Source: the human T2T-CHM13v2.0 reference genome, Homo sapiens. Taken from it: a stretch of DNA of 64,000 nt. The notes under the pieces were generated by a model. The model was not told the origin of the DNA. It saw only the letters and a program-made list of their open reading frames with translations, and did no database searches. Position numbers and translations under genes: made by a program. This document shows positions 43,827 through 57,738 of the stretch, piece after piece; position 1 is the stretch's first letter; each line of letters begins with the position of its first letter. The stretch lies in assembly GCF_009914755.1 (NCBI RefSeq), contig NC_060927.1. One strand, given 5' to 3'.

Positions 43827-44106
43827 TGTGATAGTTGTTGGATCTTAAAGTGAACTTAGAACCTGTTAATGTGAACTTATATGGAAGAAGGATATGTGAA
43901 AATAAAATTAAATTATGGATCTTGAGATAACTGGGTGGGCTCAAAATCCTATGACAAGTGTTTCTCTAACAGAGAGAAGAGATGACAGATAGAGGAGGTG
44001 GTCATGTGAAGAACAAAGCAGAAAGAAGAGCTACACAGCTACAACTAAATAATATTTACAGCCACCAGAATCTGGAAGAGTTAAGGAAGGAATCTCATAA
44101 AGCCTC
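43827..44106 (+). mobile_element. MLT1 LTR fragment
   Basis: aacctgttaatgtgaacttatatggaa...ctgggtgggc...tcatgtgaag...gccaccagaatctggaagag. Confidence 0.7.
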
Positions 44107-46019
44107 AGGGAATGAATAGAGGGGTGCAGAGCCATAGGTGATATCAATATGGACAGCAAAACAAAAATGCTCCTGAGTTCTCAAACATCTTTCTAGCTCA
44201 TAAGCTGATGGTTTGTTTTTTGTTTCTTGGCGTTTTTTTGTTTGTTTGTTTTTGAGGCATAAGCTAAAGGGTATCTAGGTTTCAGATAACTCTCTTGAGG
44301 TGTAAATGAAAAAAAAAATACACAGGGAATATTATTATTTTTTTCCTTCCTGATGTGAAATCATGCTGCATTGGTCACTTGCACTGTGTTAGGTACAAAC
44401 AAGTTGTTTGCCTTTTCCTCTTCTTTTGCTAGAAATAAACAAACGAAAACAAAACAGAATTCTCAAGAAAGTTGAAGGGAGAGGATGTAAAAAGAGATCT
44501 CTCTGTGACTCATATGCAGAGTTAATAATAAACTCTGTATAGTTACTGCTATGAGATCTTAGAATTTGTGGGGCTGATAAATAGGATCTTGGAAGTGGCC
44601 TCAGTCATTTTTTTAAGTCAACTTATTAATACAACCAAACTTTCCAGAGTTCCTCCTCATTTTCCTGATCTTTATGCCAGACATTCCTAAATGGATTCTT
44701 CTTTTTAGAATAACAGCACAGATTTGGAAGCATTAACAAATACTAATCACTTATTTTACTGCATGGAATATTTAATATTTATTAAGAAAGCTTAATAGCT
44801 TGGCGATATCTATTCACTCAATTATTTACCTTCAAAATATTAATTAAAGGCATTCATTATTAGATGCCTTAATTTGTGAAATACTCTGCTAAGTGAACCT
44901 TTTATTATTTCTTTGTAGTTGTCCTTTAGCTTTTCCAACCTCCTGATCTGACTAAAAAGTGTGATGTAACAAAAAATTACGTAAACATAAATTATGTAGC
45001 TAATGACACATGGTATGTATAATACATAGGATAAGTACACATTCAGTGATTAAGGCAAAAGATATCAGAGATTAGCTTGAAGAAAGCCTAAAATATGAAT
45101 ACTGCATCAAATGGATGTATTTTATTGGCATATAAGAACTTTAAGACTGAAAACATATCTGGATTAATTGAAATGATTCACATTTTTAAGATTGGCATTA
45201 TAATTAATTACCCCCACCTCAAAAGTACTTTACAAGAAATAGCAAAATGTTTAGGAAGCACAGACACATGTATGTACACACTGACACACAGAGTTGATTT
45301 CTAGCATCGAGTTCCTAACAACTATTTTGTGACATTGTAGAATTATTAATCACTTGTTTTTTCATGTTTTACTTTGTATATTTGGGTAGAATTAACATTT
45401 CTAATATCTCTTCCAAGTCTAAAATAAGGATACTAAATCAACCTAGATAGAAGTACAGAAGTGCCTTGAATATTTTGAATAAAGCTAATGCTAGGACCTG
45501 AAAAGTGTAATATAAAAACGAGTGTATTCAGAAAACAATGTGCTAATATTGTTCCACATTTGACCCTTGGATAGTTACAGTTCTATTTAAACTCCACATA
45601 ACCTCAGGTCTATTTTACTTTGAATAGTGATGAGAATGTCATGTTTCAAACATTATGGGTGTTATTACCTTTTTCCTCTGTCCAGCGTATTATGAATGTC
45701 AGTGCCATTCAAAGCTTGCTTGCAAGTGTTTTAATTTCACATATTAAATTTAAGTATTGATGTGTATGCCTTCTGATTGCAGAAAAGAGAATATTGCAAT
45801 GCGAGAAGTGCACATGGGACTTTTTAGATTTAATTTTATTTAGTCTAAGCAAGGAGTTTTTGATGATATCATTTAAACTGTGCGTAGTGTTTTTGCTGCA
45901 TGTTGAGAGTAGATAGATGAAGGCTTGCAGGAAATTGGAATAAAAGGTGGGGAAATGATCTTTGTTAACATAAACACACAGAATCTTGGGATATTAATCA
46001 CTTTGGCCATAGAGAAGTT

Positions 46020-46250
46020 TCATGATATAGGAATGAAAGTGTCGGCCGTAGCCTCAAATAAACCTGGGTTTGAACCCGAGGTCTACCATTTATTCATGGT
46101 ATGATCTTGGGCTAGCGCTGGAACTCACTGGTTCTCATTTGTAAAGAGGGAGTAATAATAGTTTCTGCCTGATAGGTATGTCTGTTGATTAAACTAGGTG
46201 ACATATGGAGAGTACTTATCCCAGTGCTGATACATGGAAAGCACTATAGT
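46020..46250 (-). mobile_element. MIR (donor of the 190-bp duplication)
   Basis: cctgggtttgaacccgaggtctaccatttatt..tgatcttggg..ttctcatttgtaaagagggagtaataata. Confidence 0.75.
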
Positions 46251-46539
46251 TATTCTATTCATCTCAGGCCATGTATCTTTGAGTGCCAACTAAAGAGAAG
46301 GCATTGATTTTGTTCATTTAATTGCTACTAACCCTATGTGACAAAATGTTTTAAATTATTCTTTCTGAAAAACATGCAAAAGGGTTCATTTTGGTGTGGT
46401 TGTGAGTTGAAGTTTGGTTAACTCACTCTAGCCTAGAATGTAATTACACATGACCCTGGAATATTTTCTTCTCCTCCATGTATGTGCTAACACTGAATTT
46501 CACCATATTTACATCCCACCCTCATTTCAGTGTCTTTGT

Positions 46540-47420
46540 TTCTATTGGTTCATCTACTTACAATGGTTTTTCTGGGTAACTTTATTGAACTCTGAATTCC
46601 TTTTCCTGAAGACTATGACCCATTAATTTATCCCTCATATTTTTTGTATTTTTAATACAAATACTCTTCTGGGTACTTTCTCTAGCATTGAAAATATGTC
46701 CATGTCAATGTTATCTTAAATACAGTGAATACACTTTTTGTTGATTCTTTAACTTTCTTTAGCTAGTAATCTATTTTTTAACTTTTCAAGATAATCTTAA
46801 TTTCTAGAAAGAATAATGTAGTTCATAGTTGATGTCTCACTTCTCCTCATATTTACTCCTCACCTGATTTTATTCTGTATCCTGTTCTCGCAACTCCACA
46901 GAATCTTCTCTGACAAAAGAAACCAGGTATCTCCGAAATGCCCCCTCTAAGGCATAATTTTCACCGTAATCTTATTGTATTTCCTTGCTTTCTTTCCTGT
47001 ATTGATTATTTATTCCCAGTCTCTACTTTTTGACTCCCATGGAATAACAGTTACATGCTTCTCCATATACTTTTCTGACAATTCCATCTATAACATCTTC
47101 ATGAGTTTTGCTTTTATCTTTCCACCTCTTAAGTATTGGTGCCACTCAGAGATCTTACCACTCAGAGATCTGTTCTACACTCAGTATACTTCTAAGTCTA
47201 CGTGTGTTTCACATTACATTTTAACTACCATGTAAATGTTTCTCAAATTATTGTTATATCTCCAGTTCAGAATTTGGTCTTGAACTTCAGACCAATATAG
47301 TCACACACCATCTAGATGATTAGATGATTTTTTGAATGTCCCACAAACATTTCACCTCAAATATTTAAGATTTTCTGTCCTAAACTGTCACATTTCTATA
47401 ATTGCTAAATTAATTAAATA
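46540..47420. mobile_element. Degenerate L2 fragment
   Basis: caactccacagaatcttctctgacaaa; atatctccagttcagaatttggtcttgaacttcagacc resemble L2. Confidence 0.5.
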
Positions 47421-47653
47421 TTAATCTATTTATTCTATCAAACAAGATGGGACATAACAAGTTGATGTGTCTGATCATTTTAATTTATACATATTCTGGG
47501 ATGGGTAGTTAGATCAGGAGAATGAAATCCAGCAATCAACAGAAACCTTAAGGCAATTTAGAGTCCTTTTTAATCTTTAAGGAAAATCCAATAAACACTT
47601 GAAAAACAAAATCGATAAAGAGTTTTAAATGTTTCTTTTTTGATTTGCCGCAG

Positions 47654-47749
47654 GGTCCAAGTTTTCTCTCCGAGGCCCGTTTTTCTACACGAGCAACAAA
47701 AATTGAAGAAATGGATCCCTCTTTCAACCTTCATGAAACCATTACTAAG
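47654..47749 (+). CDS. NAALADL2: Internal coding exon (96 nt, phase 0/0) of NAALADL2, probably exon 11
   Basis: Pyrimidine tract plus CAG acceptor (ttcttttttgatttgccgcag|GGTCCA) and donor (ACTAAG|gtaggg). Open frame encodes GPSFLSEARFSTRATKIEEMDPSFNLHETITK, recalled as NAALADL2 about aa 601-632. Retains CpGs in an otherwise CpG-poor region. Exon number is from memory. Confidence 0.93.
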
Positions 47750-48419
47750 GTAGGGGAGAAATGCATTCAAAAATAGGTGAGAAATATTTGTTCTTCTTTA
47801 TTGGTAGATGGAGCAAAGGAACATAACCAATCAAGAGCAATCCGTATATTTTCATTTGTAGAATATATAAGAAAGGATTTTAGTATATCCTATTATTTTA
47901 CTAAGGAATAAATAATTCATTCAAGATCATACAGACCCATAACTGTCTGTATGATCATTTGTATTACAAATCAATTTTTAATAAAACAATGAGTTTATTC
48001 ATGGTATGATCTTGGGCTAGCGCTGGAACTCACTGGTTCTCATTTGTAAAGAGGGAGTAATAATAGTTTCTGCCTGATAGGTATGTCTGTTGATTAAACT
48101 AGGTGACATATGGAGAGTACTTATCCCAGTGCTGATAACATGGAAAGCACTATAGTTATTCTATTCATCTCAGGCCATGTATCTGAAAGTAGAGTTGTAT
48201 AATAATATCAAATATACCTCTTCACTTTAGATCATGGGGAAATACAAAGTGGACCTTTGCATTTTTCTGTCTTCAATAGTTTGTTTAAATAGGTAAGGTA
48301 CTTGTTTATGATAATTTTTAGTTGCAGAAAAAAAAGGCTACTTTTTAAAATGAAAAAGACCGCATTGATAGTAAGAAAGTCTTTTACTGAATGGCAATCA
48401 TACTTATATTTTTAACATA

Positions 48420-48770
48420 CAGATGTCCCCCAACTTGTAATGGTTCACCTTTCTATTTTTTGACTTTATGGTGGTTCAAAAACACTACGCATTTAGTAGA
48501 AATCCTACATCAAGTACCCATACAACCATTTGGTTCTTCACTTTCAGTGCCGTATTCGACAAATTACATGAGACATTCAAGACTTTTTTCTATAAAATAG
48601 GCTTTGTGTTAGATTTTGTCCAGTTGTAGGCTAATGTAAGTGTCTGAGCATATTTAAGATAGGCTGGGCGAAGATAAGATGTTCAGTAGGTTATTTGTAT
48701 TAAATTCATTTTCAACAGGTATTTTCAACTTATCATGGACATAACCCCATCATAAGTTGTGAAATGTGTG
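48420..48770 (-). mobile_element. MER47A-like Tigger MITE
   Basis: Reverse-oriented relative of 3356-3726 (cagatgtcccccaacttg...taaccccatcataagttg). Confidence 0.75.
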
Positions 48771-49464
48771 TATTTTTATAGCAGTGAGTTAATTACATAA
48801 AGAAAATTAAATTTTACAGTATGGAGCAAATAAATTTAATGTTCCTGACATCACATGGCATCATATGGATTTTTACATTTACCAATTATTTATTTAACCT
48901 GTCATCACCTGCCTTTTGGGGATAGACTTTATAGAGAATATTGACATTTTAGTACCATTAAAATAATCTCTCTCTCTATGTATATATATATATATATATG
49001 AATTATTTATATTTTTATATTTATGTATGGATTATTTACATATATATACTTTCTTGAAAGATTGAATCATTCTTAAATCTTAGTGAAACTTTATGTAGTT
49101 GTTTTTTTCTTTTAAAAAGAGGAAATATGGTAAAGCGAACTGAGTGAGTGTCAATAGAATGAGTTCGGAATACAAAGACTAGAGCCTGTGTCTGTCTTTG
49201 ACCCTGAAGAGCTGTGTGAATTAATTTTTTCCAAACCTTTAAAATAAAAAGAGTTTGAATTACATTTTACTTAAAATTATTCTAAGCTCAAAATATCTAA
49301 ATCTCAGCTATACATTTATTATGTTTGGCAAAATCACCTAACAGGAAGCCTATCCCAGTTCTTTATTTAGCTTTTAGTATCTCCCTCCTTTGATCATATT
49401 TTTTTGTATATAACAGGATAGAAGTGCACACAAAACACCTCCTTAGTATTCAAAATCTTAGCTG

Positions 49465-49750
49465 TATTTCTAATACTTGGAGATTATATATATATAATAT
49501 ATATGGACATATATATCATATATATACATATATACACACATACACACATAAAAACATGCATTAATGAATATATAGTTTAATGAATTCATATATATTCATA
49601 AACATATATGATATATTTCTAATACTTGGAGATTTTATATATATATATGTATACACACAGACACACATAGACACACACATAAATATTCATGAATGGATAT
49701 ATATTTTTATGAATTCATATACATTCCTATATATATATGAATATATATAT
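49465..49750. repeat. Degenerate tandem duplication (period about 149) with TA/CA repeats
   Basis: tatttctaatacttggagatt at 49465 and 49614, each followed by (TA)n(CA)n...atgaattcatat. Confidence 0.75.
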
Positions 49751-51602
49751 TTAAATGAATTCAAATACAATGAATATATATATTTGTTCACATATTCTAG
49801 ACACTCAGAGTCTACATTTATTTATTTTTAAGCAAAACATTAGAGAATTTTAGGGCAATGAAATAGTAATATTTTCTCCATTTTTTTCCTGCTTTTGTGG
49901 GAATCAGTAAAATCAAGGATTTTTGTGGAAGGGATAATTTGAGGCAATGTTGCCACGAGAACATAGAATGAAATGATGGTGTCTAGCATCAGAAATCCTC
50001 AGCCAGAGAAAATGCTAGGCTTTTCAATTAAGAGGTATAAACATATACTAATTCTCGATGCCTGAAGTCTTGGCCACACTTAAGAATTTCAACTCCTGAG
50101 AACATGTCGGGAAGCAAGAATTGGTCAGAAATGGAGTACAGGGGCACAGAATACATCCCGAACATATGCAATTGTTCTTTTTTAATTAGTGTGAAACAGA
50201 CAGAAAATTAGAGGCCATTAGAGAGAAGATAACAAATTTGTTCACAGATATTGGAATATATTGTACGTGTGTTTTCAAATCTGTTTGATGAGTGAACAGA
50301 TAGTTATTAACCCATTAAGTGGATGTTGGAAAGAATTATATGTCCAAGAGAAGATAAAACCTGCTTAGGTTCAGAAGCAAGAGTTCCGTGAGGTTTTTTA
50401 TGATGACATATGACTTACCCAATGTTGATTCTGTTTCCTCAATCATCATGTCTACTTGCACTCATGTTGGAAGCATTGATCAAGGAATGAAATTGTGCTT
50501 TACAAGATCAGTCTTATTTCACCAATAGCAGAACTGAGAAACCATAAAATGAAGTAATTAATAGATACTTCATTTTAATGTCAAATTTTATCAACAGAGA
50601 AATGAAATATATAGAGGGGTTGAATCGAGTACAGGATATATGGAGCATGGGTTTTAGTTCTATCTTGGCTACAAAATTGTTATTCTCTTTAGTAGAACTT
50701 TGTTTTATTTTCTACGACAAAAAGGAATACGCTCATAATGCCCTTCCTCGCTAGGATTCTGTGAGGTTGAAATAGATGATGTATACGTTTTCTCTAGAAA
50801 TGAAGTATGTATTTAATTAAGTATTACTATTAACTCATTAAAAAAAACTAGTATTAAAATCTTTCAAGTAGGCCCTTATCTGCATTTTCTGAATTTTGTT
50901 TTTACTATAAAATATACATATATGGATAATACAGATATAAAAACATAATCAAACTCATTTTAAATGCTAAGAGTACACTAAGTTAGTGTGTACAAATAGA
51001 ATATAAATTTTAATTTGTGAAGAGTTGAGGCCTTTAGAATACTTTTTTTCACTGAGGATAAATGGTATTTTTATCAACGTATCACAACATATCACAGGTA
51101 TAGTATGCTTCTATTCTGAATAATAGTGTGATATATAAATAACATTCAGTTTTGAAATTTAAAAACCCATCTAGGTATACATTCTCAGTTATCAATTATG
51201 ACAAAATCAATTTTCACAAAAATATGAGAAATACTTGGTAAAATTATGAAGCAGAATTATTACTAGTCTTATGTCAATATTAAAGCATTTTCAAGAAACT
51301 AGAAGTAATTGAAATTCTGAAGATACTATTTTTTATTTCTCCCAATAAAAGTTTGTATTTGATATAGCATCGTAGCCCAATCACATATTTTATATTACCT
51401 AATTAATTAAATATAATAAATATGTATATCTAATATGAATATAAACATGTAATACAACTATTATCCTCTTCCAATGAGTAACTCTTTTTCTTCTAGACTT
51501 TGCTATAGATTGCAAGCATGATTTCATGCCAAATTAAATTTTAATTTCTACATATTAGGAAGTTAATAATTTATAAATAGGGTTTTGCTGAATATGAACA
51601 GT

Positions 51603-51726
51603 ATTTTATTTTATTTTATCGTTTGTATAAATTTATGGGGTAGAAGTGCAATTTTGTTACATGAACAGATCTCACAGTGGTTTGGTTAGGGCATTTAGAG
51701 TATTTATCTCCCAAGTGACATACATT
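51603..51726 (-). mobile_element. Short L1MA 3' end
   Basis: tttatggggtagaagtgcaattttgttacatg behind a T-rich tail. Confidence 0.65.
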
Positions 51727-52446
51727 AAGCAATAAAATAAATAAACCATACTCATACATGGGATGTGAACTGTGAGTCCTTGAAAGTAGCTTTCCACTGT
51801 TTCCCTGTAGTTCTTTTTTTTTTTTTTTACAAAGTTTGAATTTGTCTTGGCACTTGTCTTTTTGATATAAAGCATGAAACCTAAGAAAGTAACGAATGAG
51901 GCTCAGTATTGATGCCAATAGGTGTAATTCATCATGACTTCAATGACAGTCAGGTGGTACAGTATAAAGTTGCTGAAGGGCAATACATGCTGCATCAGTG
52001 TTGAAGATGTTTTTCTTATCTCCTATAATTACATTAAAATTATCATAGAAACCAAACTAATTCCTTCATTGACTAAACCTAAACATGAATTAAATGCCAA
52101 AGTAAATCCTAGGTGCTTAATCCTTTAATGAGTGATTAAAAATGGCCATGTATTCATGTTTTTAAATAGGCTTATTTCTCCTTCCAAACCTAGGAATTTT
52201 CTAGTTATGTTTCTAAAGTTTCAACATTTATCTCCTAAATCGTTATTACCTATCTATGCATTCTGATAATCTACTATAGTCCCAACATTCAGCAAGACAC
52301 TTGCAATACCAAAATGGTTACTACACAGGAGAGATCTAAGAGAATAAACAAGGTAAATAAATCATTTTAATAAATTATATCATATTAAAAGAGATAATAG
52401 TAATGTGGACAAAATATGGGAGGAAAGAAGATGGAGCTTTTTCCTC

Positions 52447-52759
52447 TGATATGGTTTGGGTCTGTGTCCCCACCCAAATCTCATGTCAAATGTAATTCCC
52501 AGGTGTTGCAGGAGGGACCTAGTGGGAGGTGATTGAATCATGGGGGCAGACTTCCCCCTTATTGTTCTTATGATAGTGAATGAGTTCTCACAATATCTGA
52601 TGGTTTAAAAGTGTGTGGCACTTTCCCCTTCTCTCTCTCTCTCTCTCTCTCTCCTACTCCCTAATGGTAAGATACACTTGCTTCCCCTTCACCTTCTGCC
52701 AAGATTGTAAGTTTCCTGAGGTCTTTTAGCCATGCTTCCTGTACAGCCTGTGGAACTGT
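52447..52759 (+). mobile_element. MSTA-like MaLR LTR, 3' truncated
   Basis: tgatatggtttggg.ctgtgtccccacccaaatctcatg...gattgtaagtttcctgagg...gtacagcctgtggaactgt. Confidence 0.88.
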
Positions 52760-53174
52760 CACCAGAGAGGTGACATTTGAAGAATTTAAGGAATTTCAAC
52801 TTGATCTTAATGTCAATGAGTTTCTTTTGACGGTGCTTTAAAGATCAGGTTGTAGATAAGAGTGTGTGAAAAATAATTATACGTATTTTGGAAAACAGAG
52901 ACAGATTTGTGAGACAGTTTTAAGATTGAAGGACAGGATGTATGATATAGGAGACATGAAATAGAGTGAAGAGTCAAAGATAATTTTAATAGTTCTATCT
53001 TAAGAAAAGTTGGTATTATTTCATAATTATTAATTCAATTAGGGGCTAGTTTGGAGAAAGCGATGATGACTTTGACACTGGATATATGGAGTTCTGTAGT
53101 GCTATAGAGCACCTAGTCAGATACATCAAGGAGGCTGTTGAATATGAGGTTGTAGTTCAGAAAGAAGTAGGGTC

Positions 53175-53390
53175 TAGAAATGCACTGTCACGTATAGTAA
53201 CCACTAGTCACATGTGGATTGAAAAATAATTAGATTAAATAAAAGTTCAATTTCTCAGTGGCATTAGCCATAATTCACATGCTTAGTGATCACGTATGAT
53301 AGTGGCTACTGCATTTGGCAGCACAGGTTACAGGAAATTTCCATCATGACTGATAATGTAGATGATGTTACCTTAGCAACACTGGTCCAG
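53175..53390. mobile_element. MER3-like hAT MITE
   Basis: tagtaaccactagtcacatgtgg...tagtggctactgcatttggcagcaca. Confidence 0.7.
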
Positions 53391-54143
53391 CTGAGGAAGA
53401 GTAAAATGAGACAGGCTAAAAGACCCAGGATAGAGCAGTTCATGTAGTCCTCAAGACAGAAATATTATAAGGAGAAAATGTTCAAAAGAGTATTCACCCA
53501 ATCAACTGCTCACTCATTATAACTTTTGAACCAATTTTTTGGAATTCTTGTTTTCCGCTTCATTTATGCCCAATCCTCAGATCTTTGCTATTCTCAGTAA
53601 AAAGCTCCACTTGGCTTGTTCCTCATTACTTTAGTCTACTTTTAACAGATGCAGTATCCTGTATTTATTTTATGTTTTTGGATTTAATATATTTTATTAT
53701 CACTTTCTTGCTAAAATTTTGTCCCTAATAAATACTCAATTAATGATCATTGGTAACTTGTATTAAAACAAATGAAACAAAATACTGTAGCTACATTTAG
53801 AAGAGAAAGGCTTTAAAAATCAAATGTGAATATAGGGCACTTGGAGTGCCAGAAGAAGTTCTATTTATTATATTATGGGATAGGTAGTACCTTTCATCTG
53901 GCACCTCAAATGCTCTATAGTATATATAAAAATCTCTGAATATGAATGGTACATCTAATGAAACAAAAATGCCCTCATCTATGTGGTACCATGGAAACCA
54001 GCAAATGACCTAATTCTTCTTGTAAGTTTCCTCAAGAAATATCAGTTTATTTGTCCTTTCATTGCTTTTCTCATGTTCAGAGAAAAAAATTCCTTATTTT
54101 TCAATGGCATAGGATATATAAGATTAATGATATAGGGCTTTCA

Positions 54144-54227
54144 AAAGATCCTGTTTACGTATTACAAAAACAGGAAGAGATGGATATACGTTTCTTCCTG
54201 TTTTTGTAATATGTAAACAGGATCTTT
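54144..54227. repeat. Inverted repeat, 35-bp arms, 14-nt spacer
   Basis: aaagatcctgtttacgtattacaaaaacaggaaga / tcttcctgtttttgtaatatgtaaacaggatcttt; one G-T wobble at a CpG. Confidence 0.96.
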
Positions 54228-56755
54228 GAGTAAAATTATTTGGGTATTACAACATGACAAAGAAAAAGTAGTAGGAATAATATGGTATTGATTTCCATTA
54301 TATATGTGAAGAAAGTGTCACAGTGATATTAAGTTTCAGAATAAGAAAATATTTGTGTAAAGCCTGAAAATCAAGGTAATTTTTATAGAGTTTAAATTCT
54401 AGCAATAGAGTTTTATTTTCCCTTACTTTATAGCTATACATTTTAACTCAGTTTTGCAGTGGTGTGAATAAAGGTTAATGGTGGGGTCATCAATGATTTA
54501 AAAATTTTAATAATTTTAATTGTCAACCATTTCTGTAATTATTAATTCCATTTGGCTGTCAATCGTCCTTAGAGTCGATTAACCTTGGTCTCTTTGATTA
54601 ATAGATTTATATTTGCTAACATACTATTTTAAATACATGACTTTCAAAATATAAATCTGAATTATTTAAAAATGTCATGTTTAAAACATGTTTGTATCAG
54701 TTGTTATAATATTCTTAAGATTCTTGGAGCATGGTAACTGAAAACTTAAAATGATCTTCTCATTTTATAACTATAGAATAAAGAGGCAGACTAAACTGTA
54801 GAATAAATTATCTTGAGATGCCATTCTAAGCTATAGCTTTTAAAACTATATCTCAGTAGCATTTTATAAAGTAAAAGAAAAAGAAAGATCCCAAATACCT
54901 TTTATTTAGTTTCTGAGTTTCAAAAATGTTAATCAGGCTAATAGAATTCCTGGTACACGTTTTTTAAATGCTTAGAAAGCCTGGCTATAATTTTTCATCT
55001 GAATGAGCAAATCTGTCTTCTAGGTATCTCTAATGTTGATAAATTGTTTGAATAAAATATGAAAATATTGTATTCTATTTAAGAAAACAAGTTTAAGGAT
55101 ATTCTAATCTGTGTATTTGTACATTTGAGGTAATTCTGAAGCTATGAATTTAGAGCTTTTAAAAAAATTCAATTTTTTTCCGCTATATCAAATTATTGTT
55201 ACTAGATGCAAGACGTCTCCATAGAGATTTGTACTCTTAGTTTTCATGACATGAGCTAAAACAAAAAAATCCCAAATATGTATTTTCAGTGCGAAGGTTG
55301 TACTTTGTAATAAAGACTCTTGGTTGGAGCTACTCAAGGGAGATAGTAGCATATTAAAACCAATGCCTTACACTTTGAAGAGGAAATAATATAGGTGTGT
55401 GTATTTTCCTCATAAGTGCATAATTAAACTTAATATCTTCATTTACTGAAACTGGAGATTGTGCCAACTGTATTTTCTCTTGCCTAGAGAGGTTTGGTTT
55501 ATTCTTTTTGATTATACTGAACAAATATAATTTGTAAAGACATGCCTTATACTATCAGTTTCTCTTTTGTCTTTTTGTTTTTATTACTCAAAAGTGAATT
55601 ATTACACAATATGTGATTGTCAAAATTTGACTCAATTTTTAAACAGAAGTTAATCATCAAAGTAAATACTTCACAAATTCACCAAAAGCTACCATATATT
55701 AAGTGTTATTAACACTTATTAAGATAGGAAAAGAAGGCTGCTATTCTTTTATCATACTTTTAAAAATCTTATAAATATATAAAGACTGATTTCGACATGT
55801 ATTTGTTACAGAATCTAAATATATTACATGCATAAATCAGAATGGAAAGTTCTTTCATCACTTACAATTAGTGTGACAATTTTTTAAGGGCAGAAGAAAA
55901 CTATTTTAATATGTTTTCATGTTTAATTCAGGAAGTGGAAGTCTCATTCCATAAAGTAACATTTTTGGTGATAGTTGAGTTTTGTATGCTCTAAATATAA
56001 GTCCTTCCTATTTTAGGGATCTGTCAATAAGTTGAAAGTGAATTTCGAATTTTGATGTTAATTTCTGCATTTTTTTCCTCCCTTTGAAGAGGAGACTCTA
56101 CCTTTCCATATCATTCTTGAATAATACCATTCTCAAGGTGCTGTAGAAGTACAGAGACGAAGGGCAGAATACTGAATGCATAACAGAATAACTCTAGGTC
56201 GACAGATCAAATATCCCTCCAAAAATGTGTTTAAACAAACTTTCAGTATAATAAAAAGATTTAAAAGCTCCAGACAATCCCTACTTAAAAAAATCAAATG
56301 TAACACAACATACCAGAAGAATCTGGGAAAGTTTTGGACCCTGTTACGACAGTTTAATGTAGATATTAAAGAGTCCTGGAGAGAGTACTTACTGCCCCAT
56401 GGACAACTATAATAAAAGATTCCCCTACATGCACACACACACGCACATACACACATATATGATATGGGCTAATTAATGGCACCGATTTTCAGCGCTAATC
56501 ACACTAATCAATCTTAGTATTGATCCTCGGAAAATCCTAAATTGTGTGTGTGTGTGTGTGCGTGTGTGTGCTCTCTTGGTAGACCTCTGCACATGACCCT
56601 GAGAGTCACTCATTCTCAGTATATCACCATAGACTGACACTACCAATTGATTGGATTTGACAGATGAGAAAAACCCATTTGCCAAATCTGGATCTAAAAT
56701 ACTCATCAGTTATACCTTTTACCTTTAAAGAGGTGGGTTACCCTTAGAAACTTCA

Positions 56756-57249
<494 letters not shown>

Positions 57250-57738
57250 TTAATATTCTTGTCAATGTCAGAAACATTTGAATGCATGCCTCTGTGTATA
57301 GCAAGATATTTAAATATTTGATTTAATTCATCACCCAAGAACTTCATGTTGAAAATATTTTGTTGAGAACAAGTGGTCATTAATTCATTTACGCTTAACA
57401 CTATTTCTCCATTTCAACATTTGATCCAGCTTTTAACCAACAACCCGTAATTGCCAATGTAATGAAATAAGCATACAGATATTGTGACACTATGCACTTT
57501 AAATATTCTTCAGCTTTGCTGTCTGCATTTACTCATGCCCCAGTTTGATTTCTCATATTCCAGTCTGAGATATGTTTGTCAATGTTTGATATATGGCATG
57601 GCTGTCAGTGATTGGTCTACCAAATAAAAGTCTCAAATTTTTATTTCAGCCATAGTTTAGAAGAGCTTCTCTGAAGCCAAAAATTTCTCTTTGTCATACA
57701 TAGACAAAAGCAAAGATGTTGATATGTGATTTAACAGT

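Larger units (their letters stand above)
46089..48184 (+). repeat. Near-identical direct duplication: 46089-46278 (190 bp) and 47994-48184 (191 bp)
   Basis: Copies read identical by eye except for one extra A (tgataca vs tgataaca). Confidence 0.96.
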
